The notes: generated from the letters alone by a model not told the origin. A DNA stretch of 63,180 nt, filler included, from Octopus bimaculoides (GCF_001194135.2; 7 parts of 7 records of this genome joined end to end with filler, not necessarily neighbours in it); one strand, 5' to 3'. Positions 22,501 to 35,605 are shown, numbered from the whole stretch's first letter. Numbers and translations: made by a program.

Positions 22501-22804
22501 TTTTTTTTTCGATCCCTTTTGATCGAACTCCCCCTTTTTCCCTTCCTACGATCCCTTTTGATCGNNNNNNNNNNNNNNCCCTTTTTTTTTCTTCCTTCCC
22601 CCGCCCAAAAAGAGAAGCTCTACATTGTATTTGTCCCATCTTCGTTGAGCCCTGTGTGGCTAATAAAAGAAATGTATCTATCTATCTATCTATCTATAAT
22701 TATAAACAAGGGCAAAATAAAAAAGATTTCTATGCCAATATGAATGACTTTAAATCGTCAATCACCACATTTTTTAATCTATATATATATATATCTAAAA
22801 GCAC

Positions 22805-23102
22805 CATCCAAGCATGATCGTTGCCAGGGCCGCTAACTGGCTCTCATGCTGGTGGCACATAAAAAGCACCATTTTGAGCGTGGTCATTGCCAGTACCGCC
22901 TGACCAGCCCTCGTGTCAGTGACATGTAAAAGTACCCACTACACTCTCAGAGTGGTTGGCGTCAGGAAGGGCATCCAGCTGTAGAAACTCTGCCAGATCA
23001 AATTGGAGCCTGGTGTAGCCATCTGGCTCACCAGTCCTCAGTTAAACCGTCCAACCCATGCTAGCATGGAAAGCGGACGTTAAACGATGATGATGATGAT
23101 GA
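22805..23102 (+). mobile_element. Family D (RTE-type tail) element
   Basis: Ends aacccatgctagcatggaaagcggacgttaaacgatgatgatgatgat. Confidence 0.8.
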
Positions 23103-24226
23103 TAATTATCTATCAATGTCTGTCTGTCTGTCAGTCTATGTATCTATCAATGTTTGTCTGGCTAGCTATCCATGTCTCTATCAATGTCTGTCTGTCTATC
23201 TCTATATCAATCTGTCGTCCTGCCTGTTTGTTCTACCCCAACAGCTCAGAGAGAATATAATTTGATTTATTTACCGTTTTCGTTGATTTCATAAACACTG
23301 CCTTCTACAAAATAAAGAGTTCTTGAACTATCCAGATGTTTCCTGTTACATTTATGACAGAACACACAACCTGTAAATGGTGTCTTTTCTTTAGCAGTTT
23401 CAAGAAGCATATAAAAATCTGTCCTTGTTTTACATGGGGTCAGAAATATGCTCTGGGAAATCTTTTCTTTTTCTTGTTTTTAGTATTTTAAAGAAAATAC
23501 ATCATGGGAAAACTAAAACTGTAGCTCTCTGCCGATCTATCTGTTTGTCTGCCTATCTCTCCATCTATCTATCCACATATCTATCTGTCAGTTTACCTCA
23601 CAGTCTGTTTTTTTTTTTTTATCAGTATGTCTGTCTGCCTGCCTTTCTGTCTGTCTGTCTTTCTGTCTGTCTGTCTGTCTGTCTTTCTATCTATGTATCA
23701 GCCATTTTTGTCTATCTATTTCTTTATTTATTCAACTAAATTGCCATGTACTTTATCTTTATGCTTTTCTATTTACATATTGCACTGTAGTTCCAATATC
23801 TGCCGTTAGGCCTTGTTGTCACTTGTGATTCCCACAATTGTTTTGAATTCAGGTTTGTTAATGTCTGTTTATTGGCTACTATCTGATTCTCATTCATTTG
23901 TGACTTTATTTTTTGCCCCCCCCCCCCNNNNNNNNNNNNNNNNNNNNNNNNNNNNNNNNNNNNNNNNNNNNTTAATTAATTAANNNNNNNNNNNNNNNNN
24001 NNNNNNNNNNNNNNNNNNNNNNNNNNNCTGAAATCTGCGCTAAAACATTATGAAAGAAATCAAATATTTCTGTAATTTACACTTTTAATATTGGTGTAAT
24101 TCTCCAGCCAAAACTGGATTGCCTCTATTCCTAGATTGTGAGGGATATTGGAACAGAGGTTACCTACTAGTAGGGTGTTTTTATTTATTGATTTAGGAAA
24201 GTGATTTAGCATATCTAGCTGGTCCC

Positions 24227-24730
24227 TTATGTAGTTTTGATATGTTTGAAGAATGGTTTTAAGAGGGTGCCTAAAAAGTTACTGAGGCGGTGAGTTTCGC
24301 ATGCAGGTCCTGCTATTATGGACCTTAATTTGCTGTCATTAGGAGTAGGTACCTTGACTATTATGTCTGTGGCTCCCCTGCATGCATTACTTATTTTTTC
24401 ACTTTTGTGTATCTTAGGAATATCATAGAACTGACTAGATTTACTATTGTAGTTAGCCATATATTCGCATTCCTTGTCGGTGAGCCCTTCTCTGTGTGGG
24501 TTTCACATTGCTTTTAGGTTTCTCATTATTCTCTGCTGACTGTAGTGTTGGACTTTTTCATAATATGTTGTGTCTTCTACTATGGATAGTACTAGGGTTA
24601 TATGATATACCGTGTCCATTAAGATTACTGCACTCCCTTTAGCAGCCTTTTTGATTGTGATTGTTTTATCATCTTTCAATTTGATCAGCTCAGCGCATTC
24701 TTTTTTGCTGAAGTTTGGTTTGCATTTTTG
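24227..24730 (-). mobile_element. Penelope-like element reverse transcriptase remnant
   Basis: One frame with one internal stop: NFSKKECAELIKLKDDKTITIKKAAKGSAVILMD...EDTTYY...FYDIPKIHK...LRSIIAGPACETHRLSNFLGTLLKP. Matches the PLE motifs ADKG..VV.MD, FYGLPKIHK and LRPI. Confidence 0.88.
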
Positions 24731-25138
24731 TTCGTCTATATATCGATATGGGTAACTATATTACGGAGCAGATAATTCACGAAAAAATAAATTGCGAAGA
24801 TACCATTGACTCTGTTATTATCTAGTGTAACAATATAAAAACGATAACACAATCAATAATATTGGCAATTGAAGCCCCCCCCCCCACAAAACATTAAATA
24901 ACTGAAGGATTAAAATTTATCAAAAGATGCACTAAGTACGTCTACCTGCTGGAAATAACAGTCAAAACTCTTATTTAAATCGCCAAAATACAACAGAAAT
25001 CAACCGTCCGAAGGCAAACGAGCCAAGACAATCTTTAGGTATACATTTAAGTATTTGGACTCACGTGCACTGATTTCTGGACTAGCATAATAGCCTAACC
25101 TTCCTCAGCGCGAGTTACCATGACAGATAGCCCCACCC

Positions 25139-25187
25139 CGTCTACAGCTGTTTCAGAAATATAAAAAGAAATCCCATCATCATCGAA
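25139..25187 (-). ncRNA. Degenerate hammerhead motif, homologue of 25530-25577, sense to the PLE RT
   Basis: AUGAUGA-ugggauuucuuuuuauauuucu-GAAA-CAGCUG-UA-gacg. C3 is mutated and stems I and II are eroded. Confidence 0.5.
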
Positions 25188-25529
25188 CCCCCAACGAATT
25201 AACACGGGATCTCCCAACGAGAACGCAAACTTCCTAGAATCAAAGTATCCCTGACTTGAAGAAAAGTTTGCTATCTACCCCTTGTTTGGATGATATACTA
25301 CTTCTGATGATGTTATAACAAAATATGAAATCCTATCGTGGTCAAGACGCATTTTTACCCTTCCACGCAACACACTCCTTAGAATAGCAAGTTTAAAATC
25401 TAATACATATTTTTATTTTCATTCCTGTATATTCTTATAGGTCCCTTTACACTTCCTGTATCTCTCCCTTTCCAAAATAACTTCTTATATTGAACTCTAC
25501 TATTTCCTTCTATTTAACTCTCTCATATC

Positions 25530-25577
25530 GTCTCTGATGAAGGGATATCCTTTATATCCATGAAACAGCTGTAAGAC
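25530..25577 (+). ncRNA. Minimal type I hammerhead ribozyme
   Basis: GUCU-CUGAUGA-ag-GGAUAU(ccuuu)AUAUCC-au-GAAA-CAGCUG-UA-AGAC. Perfect 4-bp stem I, 6-bp stem II, palindromic ACAGCUGU stem III. Confidence 0.82.
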
Positions 25578-25876
25578 TACCTTTCTCTTTATAAAATGTC
25601 CTAGAAACTTCATACTGTCTTGGCTTTGATGTCTCATTTTATTTAACGTATACACACTCACACACGACCCGCGTTAGACTCCTCACTCATACTATTATTG
25701 AACCGGGAGTCTAACAGTGGCCTTTCCGTAGCACTTACATAGGCTTACCTGCCTTTTGGGTCTTCTGGATACCAAAACCTCTTACATTATACGCACACAC
25801 AAACACACACACACACACACATAGTGATAGATAGATAGATACATACATACATACATACATACAGAAAGCAAGATAG

Positions 25877-25990
25877 AGTGAGAGAGAAACAGGAAGAGAG
25901 AGAGAGAAACAGAGAGAGAGAGAGAGAGCGAGAGAGAGAAACAGAGAGAGAGAGAAACAGAGAGAGAGAGAAACAGAGGGAGAGAGAAAC

Positions 25991-26080
<90 letters not shown>
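25877..26080. repeat. (GA)n microsatellite with AAAC interruptions
   Basis: Direct reading. Confidence 0.95.
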
Positions 26081-26083
<3 letters not shown>

Positions 26084-26330
26084 TATACACACATATGAAA
26101 AAGAATGAGGGGAAAATGAAGCACTCAGCATAGAAACGAAACGCAAGTTAATTACGACAATACTTGATTAAATGAAGAGACGTTATTCCATGAAGATTAC
26201 TCTTGTGGCGAGAACAAAAAGAAAAACAAAACACTTCTATATGATTATATAATTATATGTTTGTGTGTGCGTATTTATGTATGGAAGCATGTAAGTATCT
26301 ATGTATTCTTATTGAAATTATAAATTTCAG

Positions 26331-26379
26331 CTCAAAGAACTGGAATCAGGCGTAACAGCAGGACCGAAGGACGTAGTAC
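26331..26379 (+). CDS. Candidate 49-nt internal exon of an unidentified gene (LKELESGVTAGPKDVV or QRTGIRRNSRTEGRS)
   Basis: aatttcag acceptor, gtaagt donor, GC-richer than flanks, two open frames. No partner exons identified. Confidence 0.4.
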
Positions 26380-26659
26380 GTAAGTAATATTTTGATTGTT
26401 ACTCAAAGTGATACATACATGCACATACATACAGACACATACCTAAACACACATAATACACACATACAGACAAACATACATACATATATGCATGCATGCA
26501 TGCATGCGTGAGTGGGCACGCGTGTGGTTATCAAAATAATTCATTGTTCCGTTAAGATAATAAACAAAAATATACACCATACAGACACCATCCAGTGAGA
26601 GATAAATACTATTTAATGTGCACAGTATGAAGATAGGAGCTGGTAATAGTTTCTTTCTC

Positions 26660-26758
26660 TGTGCCTCCAAGCAATCGCAGGCTCTGAGCACATGGTTCGT
26701 TCTACTTCTGAAGAGAATAGACCATGTGCTCAGATCTTCTGGACTGCTTGGAGACACA
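26660..26758. ncRNA. Pre-miRNA-like or MITE-derived hairpin
   Basis: About 45-bp imperfect stem with a 14-bp perfect core: tctgagcacatggt (26683-26696) / accatgtgctcaga (26721-26734). Confidence 0.45.
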
Positions 26759-26934
26759 AGGCGTGTTGTAAAAAAACCTATTTGAGACGGCCTGTCTAGT
26801 GCCGTATCTTTGCTCTGTGTTCCTTCCTACTAGTGCGTACGTTAAATGATATGTATATATGGATGTGTATATTCGTGCATGTATACACATACACAAACGC
26901 GCACATACACACATACAGACACACAGACACACAG

Positions 26935-26989
<55 letters not shown>

Positions 26990-27469
26990 NNNNNNNNNNN
27001 NNNNNNNNNNNNNNNNNNNNNNNNNNNNNNNNNNNNNNNNNNNNNNNNNNNNNNNNNNNNNNNNNNNNNNNNNNNNNNNNNNNNNNNNNNNNNNNNNNNN
27101 NNNNNNNNNNNNNNNNNNNNNNNNNNNNNNNNNNNNNNNNNNNNNNNNNNNNNNNNNNNNNNNNNNNNNNNNNNNNNNNNNNNNNNNNNNNNNNNNNNNN
27201 NNNNNNNNNNNNNNNNNNNNNNNNNNNNNNNNNNNNNNNNNNNNNNNNNNNNNNNNNNNNNNNNNNNNNNNNNNNNNNNNNNNNNNNNNNNNNNNNNNNN
27301 NNNNNNNNNNNNNNNNNNNNNNNNNNNNNNNNNNNNNNNNNNNNNNNNNGTGCATGTACACACACACACACACACACGCACACATATATATAACCATTTA
27401 ATCTCTCCTGTCACACCTTTTTTCCTAGCCAGTCACCATGCTTGACCGCTAAATCCACAGGTTTTTTTT

Positions 27470-27615
27470 TTTACTCTGTCTCTGTTTATTTTCTTTTATT
27501 CCTTTCTGATGAAGAGCGTAAGCTCGAAACGTAAAAGACTTTCTCACCTTCCCGAGCGTTAAATTGATACACCTGCTTATTGTTCATACAACCTGTCTTC
27601 GTCTTTTGTTTTTCT
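27470..27615 (+). mobile_element. Short HHR-bearing repeat (family E)
   Basis: Homologous to 2482-2660 in reverse orientation. Confidence 0.7.
27502..27537 (+). ncRNA. Minimal type I hammerhead ribozyme
   Basis: CUUU-CUGAUGA-a-GAGC(GUAA)GCUC-GAAA-CG-UA-AAAG. Intact core, 4-bp stems I and II, ACGU palindromic stem III. Confidence 0.75.
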
Positions 27616-29477
27616 GTAAATTTCAACTATAAATTATACGCTCACGGTTCACCCCAGTTTTATTCTGTTTTAACCTCTTACACTTTAGAGCTTTCCTGTT
27701 CTACATACCAGCACTCCACTCGGATTACCACTGAATATACTTACGGATTTCACTGGACTCTTCCGTTGATGAAAAGCCGCTCCAATATTCTACGACGTTT
27801 GAACAAAACTTTTTGGAACTTTCTGTTTTTTTCTTACTCCGGACGTCATTACTTTACCTTTCTCTCTCCTTTTCTTCTTTTCTTTTTTTCTTTTTTCTCC
27901 TTTTTCGATTACAAATGTTTCTTCTTCCACCTTCACCACCGTCTAAAGAAACACCTTTTCATGCTTCCTTTCCACTGCTCTCAGTAGATCAAATTTCTGC
28001 TTTTGCAGTTTGTATCTGCATTTGCGAAAAACTCTCCATTTTTTTGTTTTAATGGATCTACCCGTGTGAATGTATTGACACGTTCCATTACACCTGGATT
28101 CTGTAAATGTGTTATTCCGTTTGTTCATGTTGAATTTTGTCTTTGTTAATAGTTTCTTATATATATATATATATACAAATTTGACATGGGCGATTCTTTC
28201 TTTTCTTGGGATTCACGGTCAAACAGCTGGGTGGGATTGCGCGAAAAATTACACAGATGTGTAGAATGATCTGGTGGTGATGCTGGGCTTTGTATTCTTT
28301 CATAGCTACCATGGTTACCGAGATAATCTACTATAATAATACTCTTGTGTTTATGAATGAGAAAGGAAGGGGTGATAGATGAATAAGGAAGGAAGGGGCG
28401 ATGTCATATTTGGCAGTGTACGCTGAAAAAATAAATCGAACAGCGTTTCAACTCTGTGTGAATATATGTGTGTGTATGTAAAAGGGAGTATGTGAATGTG
28501 TGTTTTTGTGTAGTGTGTGCGTGTGCGAGCGCAATGGAGTGGGATGGTTCATCATTGTTCGGTTGTATTTGGGCTTATTTTTTGATTTGGTTGAATCTTG
28601 GTAGTTTTTTTTTTTTTGTTCATCAGTTATTTTTAGCGATTTGATAGAAAAAAAAGTCATTCTAAAATTGCTTTTTAACGTAAGAAGTTGGTTTGACAAA
28701 ACGAATATGACAAAACGAAGTCATATTTTAAACTTGAGAGAAGTCTTGCATCCTTTCATCGTACTTGTGGATGTTGTGCTTGAAATGTGCGTGTTATCTG
28801 GTTGATTTCTTCCACAGAAAACCGTAGCCTTTCCTGATTGTTACTTAAACCAAGTACACCAATTATTATTGGTATAAAGGTTATCTTTATAAATCTGCGT
28901 ATGCAAGCTGGGGACTTCAGAGAAGTAATCAGTAGTTACCCTCTTTCTCGTTGATTTTTGAAGAACAGTTGATCTCAATGGCGGTACATACTTTAACTTG
29001 TCTGTCCCAGTTAATAATATCCGTTGTGTTATGTTTGCACGTGGTAGAAGTTTTGATAGGAAATTTTCAGCAATATTCCTTGTGTTGATATTTATGTATG
29101 TATTCGGTAAGAGGGTAGAGTTCTTTCNNNNNNNNNNNNNNNNNNNNNNNNNNNNNNNNNNNNNNNNNNNNTTAATTAATTAANNNNNNNNNNNNNNNNN
29201 NNNNNNNNNNNNNNNNNNNNNNNNNNNATATATATATATATGTATATATGTATATACGTATGTGTGTATGGAGTGTATGTAAGAAAATGTGTGTGCGTGA
29301 GAGAGTGTGAGAAAGGAGAGTGTATTTATATATCACAAGAATTATACCCTCGTGTGTTCTATGCACTGAATAACACCCAGCCAAGGATAACAAGTAAACT
29401 GGGAGTTATGCCACCATGTACACACACATCGAAACTTTAATAATGATCAAAGAAGGGCACAAAAAATAACAAAAGCG

Positions 29478-29480
29478 TTA

Positions 29481-29562
<82 letters not shown>

Positions 29563-29610
29563 CATTATTATTATTATTATGATTGTTATTATTATTATTA
29601 TTATTATTAC

Positions 29611-29661
<51 letters not shown>

Positions 29662-29695
29662 CATTATTATTATTATTGTTATTACTATTATTATT
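29478..29695. repeat. Long (ATT)n microsatellite
   Basis: Direct reading. Confidence 0.95.
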
Positions 29696-30637
29696 GTGTC
29701 TGTAAAACAAAATACCTACGACATTCCACAATACAGAGACAGAAGACAAAGAGAGCGTGTGATAGAGAGGTACAGAGGTGAATAGACGTTTTGTATCTTT
29801 GTAAATGAAGTTACAAAACCTGACTAGATGGTTAAACTATTGATGTAAGAATTAATTTTCTTCTTCCTAAACATCTAAGTCTCTCATTGTATTGTTGTTC
29901 AGAACATCTAAATTAATATACGGGATAAAGGTCCATATATATATATATATATATANNNNNNNNNNNNNNNNNNNNNNNNNNNNNNNNNNNNNNNNNNNNN
30001 NNNNNNNNNNNNNNNNNNNNNNNNNNNNNNNNNNNNNNNNNNNNNNNNNNNNNNNNNNNNNNNNNNNNNNNNNNNNNNNNNNNNNNNNNNNNNNNNNNNN
30101 NNNNNNNNNNNNNNNNNNNNNNNNNNNNNNNNNNNNNNNNNNNNNNNNNNNNNNNNNNNNNNNNNNNNNNNNNNNNNNNNNNNNNNNNNNNNNNNNNNNN
30201 NNNNNNNNNNNNNNNNNNNNNNNNNNNNNNNNNNNNNNNNNNNNNNNNNNNNNNNNNNNNNNNNNNNNNNNNNNNNNNNNNNNNNNNNNTGTGTGTGTGT
30301 GTGTGTGTGTGTATGTGTACATGTTTATACGTATGTACGTGTCGGTGTCTGTGTGGATGTATTTTATATAGACATATACTTTATGACGCAAATATACACA
30401 CACGAACATGTGTTTAGATATAAGTGCATAAGCATGCAAACGCACGTATTTATATAATATATATTTAAATAAGTATCGATTTAAATTTGTACATACGTGT
30501 ATAAGACTTATATCTATATTATTATTATTATTATATATGTGTGTGTGTGTGTAAGTATATATATATATATATATATATATCAAAATTACATTCAGTCATT
30601 CATATACACATGTCTGTGTATATCTACATATGCACAC

Positions 30638-30673
<36 letters not shown>

Positions 30674-30683
30674 NNNNNNNNNN

Positions 30684-30732
<49 letters not shown>

Positions 30733-31804
30733 CATATATATATACATATGTGTATATATATGAATGTAAGTATATATGTATACGTGCATGTATATCATAT
30801 TTGATATATATATACTTTCGTATATATATATATATATGTGTTTGTGTGTGTGTAAATATATACTCCCATACAGACAGGCGCACAAACGCAAAACACACAG
30901 GCATACAAATATACACACACATAAACACATGAACACAGACACACACATATACACACACACTCACACACACACGCTTACTCACACATCCACGCGCATACAC
31001 ACACACATTTATAAGTATGTAAAGAAGCCCATATTTGTCGGTGCACAATGTAACCACAGAAAATAATCATTTTTAGTGTTGTATGATGTTTAATGAATGA
31101 CCTCCTTTCGGCCATTGTTCTCTTCCTTTTTACTCTACACTGAAGGTGATTTAATTGATCTATCGGAAAATATAACCTTTTAACCGAACATAATTCTTTA
31201 GATAAAGCAACTTTACATCCTCTTCACTGTGTAGGTTCTCTTGCATTAACGACAAACACACACATACACACCCACACCGACAAACACACACATACACACC
31301 CACACCGACAAACACACACACATAGCAGATTCACACACGCACACACAGAGTAATCACAGAAAGCCGAGATACGTACACATATATAATTTGTACACATGCG
31401 CATTTACACATTTCAACATTTACAATCAAACATTTCACACTCAATCTCACCTTACTTATGTAAATATATTGTCAATCCCATATACATAAACATACATATA
31501 AACACACATACATACATATAATGTATATACATATATTTACATGTGTATATANNNNNNNNNNNNNNNNNNNNNNNNNNNNNNNNNNNNNNNNNNNNNNNNN
31601 NNNNNNNNNNNNNNNNNNNNNNNNNNNNNNNNNNNNNNNNNNNNNNNNNNNNNNNNNNNNNNNNNNNNNNNNNNNNNNNNNNNNNNNNNNNNNNNNNNNN
31701 NNNNNNNNNNNNNNNNNNNNNNNNNNNNNNNNNNNNNNNNNNNNNNNNNNNNNNNNNNTATATATACATATATATATGTATATATATGCATATACATATA
31801 TACA

Positions 31805-31846
<42 letters not shown>

Positions 31847-32879
31847 AGTATTCATATATACATAATGTACATACATAAATACGTACAGACACACACACAC
31901 ACACACATATATATATAAATATATGCAAACATCTAATATTATATATATATATATAGTCATACGTGTATTGATGCAAATGGAAGCCTCTATTCAAACAAAA
32001 TATAAAAAAAAAAACCCTGATAACCAAATATGTTAGTGCATAATGACATCTATTCGTTATAGCTGCCACGTAGTGTCGAATGAACGTACAATCCTGCATA
32101 TTCACACACACACGCACGCGTGTGCACATATATATCTATACACGAATATAATTGTACACATCACGAAATTTGCACACTAAATCACAAGATAAATCTTCAC
32201 ACCAGTTCACACGAAATAGTAAATTCATATATATATATATATATGTACCTGAATATAGTTTTGAATGTATGTATGTATGTATGTATGTACTTATCTATCT
32301 GTTCATCTATCTATTCGCACAATCACGCGCACACGCATACATATACATATAAATCCACAATAAAAAAGCAGAAAAGTATAACTTCAAAGATCGTGTTTTA
32401 TCTATAGTCAACGTCTGTTTCATTAGGAATAAACATATTAAACGTCATAAAGTATTTTTGATTGAAATACAGCAATGTATTTAAACTAGCGCTTGCTTAT
32501 TGCTAGGATAGCTGTAATATTCGTAATGGTTTGTGATAAACATTGCTGTAAATTAATTAAAATAAGTTTATATTAATCATCTTTAGAATTAATCATCATA
32601 GAATTAATGTTGTTTATTCTTCATGATACGGCTGTTGAAAAAAATTAAATTATGATCTGTTGTAAATTTTATGCTTTTGCGCTTGTTAATTTAAAGATAC
32701 GTTTATCTTAAAGATCGTCTCAGCTGCCTATGTATATGCGTGCCCGCATTTCTCTTCTGGATCTACTCTAATGATATAACATGGAGACTATAAACATGTT
32801 ATCAATAGAAGTTTTAATACGACTTCAGATAACATAACTGCAAGAGAATCCTTTAGTGAATGTCATATATATACATATA

Positions 32880-33112
32880 AACGCGCGGGAGTGGCTGTGT
32901 GATAAGTAGCTTGCTTACGAACCACATGGTTCCGGCATCAGTCCCACTGAGTGGCACCTTGGGCAAGTGTCTTCTACTATAGCCTCGGGCCGACCAAATC
33001 CTTGTGAGTGGATTTGGTAGACGGAAACTGAAAGAAGCCCGTCGTATATATGTATACGTATATATATATGTGTGTTTGTGTGTCTGTGTTTGTCCCCCCC
33101 AACATTGCTTGA
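32880..33112 (+). mobile_element. SINE B with the start of module C
   Basis: gcgggagtggctgtgtgataagtagc A-box region through gtttgtccccccaacattgcttgac. Confidence 0.85.
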
Positions 33113-33834
33113 CATATATATATATGCAAAGTGAAAGTATTAATACTTTCACTTTTGACACGTAATACTGAAATAGTGTAAGAAATAAGACATTGCTCTG
33201 GACTCACATTAGGCAAGATGTTAAAAATTTCTTTGTGCTATGACACTGCATGTGCAAAATTTGAATGAAATCGGTGGGGTAGTTCTTGAGTTTTAATGAT
33301 ACACACATACAAACACACATTCTCGTTTGTATATACATATGTATATATANNNNNNNNNNNNNNNNNNNNNNNNNNNNNNNNNNNNNNNNNNNNNNNNNNN
33401 NNNNNNNNNNATATATATATATATACTTTATTAAAATTTACAAAAGTACTGTTAATTCTATTATCTCATGTCACTAGTTCAAGTGTATTTTTGGGCGATT
33501 TAATAACGAGTTTTGACTGTTATTTCAAGCAGATAGAATACTTAGTATGTCCTTTGAGAGAGAGAGATATTAACAGATCAAACTTACAAAGAACACAAAC
33601 GACAGAGAAAATTAAAGGAGTTGAGGTAGCGTATTATTTACTCCCATTACTGGTTGCATATTTTGATGAACAACATCTAGCAACATGATGGGGGATCTCG
33701 GAGACCACAGAAACAGCTTTTGGGATTGTAATATCTTACCTCCTTCCTCTTTAATTGTTTCTAATTTAAGCACATGACTTACAGTTCTTGAGGTGGGAAA
33801 AGGTTTTGTTGATATCAACGGTTCCAATATGTAA

Positions 33835-34175
33835 CTAGGACTTTTTTGAATCGATATTGGAGAGATAAAATTTGACCCCGGCGAGATTTGAACTCAGAGC
33901 GGAAAGTAGCGGAATAAATACTGCCGACGCTTTAAGCATTGAGCCAGCACGCTTCTCTTTAGTACTCATCTGGTCACAAGGCGAGCAATTTTTGAAAGGG
34001 AGGAGGTTAGTCCAAGGCGTCGGTCCGCCTACTTGCTTAGTACTTATTTAGTCTACCCCGCAGATAGGAAAAGTGAAGATAAACTTGGCAGGATTTGAAG
34101 TCAGAATGTACAGAGGCAGAACAAATATCGCAAAGCATTCTTTCTGTTGCTCTAAACATTCAGCCAATCTGCCGT
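33835..34175 (-). mobile_element. Two diverged SINE family A copies
   Basis: gatttgaactcagagc / gatttgaagtcagaatg bodies. Confidence 0.65.
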
Positions 34176-34209
34176 CAAAAAGATTATTACGAAAGTGACA
34201 CTCGGTCAC

Positions 34210-34530
34210 ATGTCGTCGGTTACGACGACGTGGGTTCCAATTAAACTGATCAATGAAACAGCCTGCTCGGGTAATTACTTGCAAAGTGGCTGAATACTTC
34301 ATAGATACACGTACTTTTCACGTGGTTTTCGAAGAGATTCAGCGTGGCACAGAAAAGGACAAGGCCGGCCCTTTGAAATACAGGCACAATTCATTTTGGC
34401 CAGCTGAGTGGACTGAAGCATCGAGAAATAAGGCATCTTGCTCAATTGACAAAACTCACTTCCGGGGATCGAACTCACGACCTTACGAGCATGAGCTGAA
34501 TACCCTAACCACGAAGCCCCGCGCCTTCAC
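34210..34530 (-). mobile_element. Near full-length tRNA-derived SINE G
   Basis: Head gtgaaggcgcggggcttcgtggttagggtattc...gtgagttcgatcccc. Tail shared with 54285-54450 and 61052-61130. Confidence 0.75.
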
Positions 34531-35139
34531 AAAATAATTATTATAACGATAGGGAAAACGAAGTAACATTTAATATAGATCACGCTGTAAGATAAGTTAG
34601 AATATATTCCCGATTTATGCTTCATAATTTAGACGAAGAAATAAGAAATTTTCTGTTTCACCTTCGTTTCTTCAAAAATTTTAAACCGTTCAGATTGAGC
34701 AGTGACGTGTTGAAAAACTATTAACATTGCATGGTTGAGAGGATTGTTATCACTTAATCATTAATCGTTGTCTGATTAAACTTAATCATTATCTGTCTGG
34801 GTTAGATTACGTACCAATAGTTACACTATTGTATTGTTCACTAGAAATATTGCTGGCATTATCATTCTGCCGAGTTTCCAAGACAGCTTTCACGCATGAT
34901 TGCTTTCTCGCTATCTACACATTATCAGTGACACGGCTGTCTGCTGTACCCTTGTCTGCTGTGCTCCTGTCAGGTGTGAGTTTTACAGTCTTTAAATACA
35001 AGAGCCATCCAGTTTAAGAAAGACACTAGGAGTTATGTAGGAAGCTGATGGGCATTATAGTTAGAAGTTTGTAAGTTTAGATAAAACCGTATACCATGGC
35101 AGGAAAGGGGAATTTGGCTTCGAGACTATCTTTTGTCTT

Positions 35140-35350
35140 TTAGTTTTTTTATGTTACTTATTTCCGTGATTAGACTGCAGCCATGCTGGGACACCGCCTG
35201 GAAGAATTTTAGTCAAACAAATCGACCCCACAACTTGATTTTTTTAAAGTCTTGTATTTATTCTATCAGTCCTTTTTTTTTTACCGAACCGCTATGTTAC
35301 AGGGATGTAAGTACACTAACGCTGGTTGTCAAGCTGTGGTGGAACACAAA

Positions 35351-35407
<57 letters not shown>

Positions 35408-35605
35408 GCACATGTATACACACACAAGCACATGTAACACACAAACCCACACACAAACATACAGGACAGACTTCTTTCGGTTTCCGTTTACTTGAGCCGT
35501 GTGAGCGGCTCGAGGCTAAGACGCTTGCCCACGATGCCACACAATGGGACTGAACCTGGAAACATGTAGTTTGGAAGAAAACCCCTTACTACACAACCAC
35601 ACCTG
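35140..35605 (-). mobile_element. Composite SINE B+C with internal (CA)n
   Basis: Modules as at 1690-2072. Confidence 0.8.

Noticed and set aside
25301-25345. CTGATGA...GAAA...GTC hammerhead-like spacing
   Set aside because: No valid stem II closing pair, and stems I and III are marginal.
27620-28130. Coding-like minus-strand stretches (MNKRNNTF..., MTSGVRKNRKF...)
   Set aside because: Short, interrupted by stops, with no consistent splice phase or recognisable domain.
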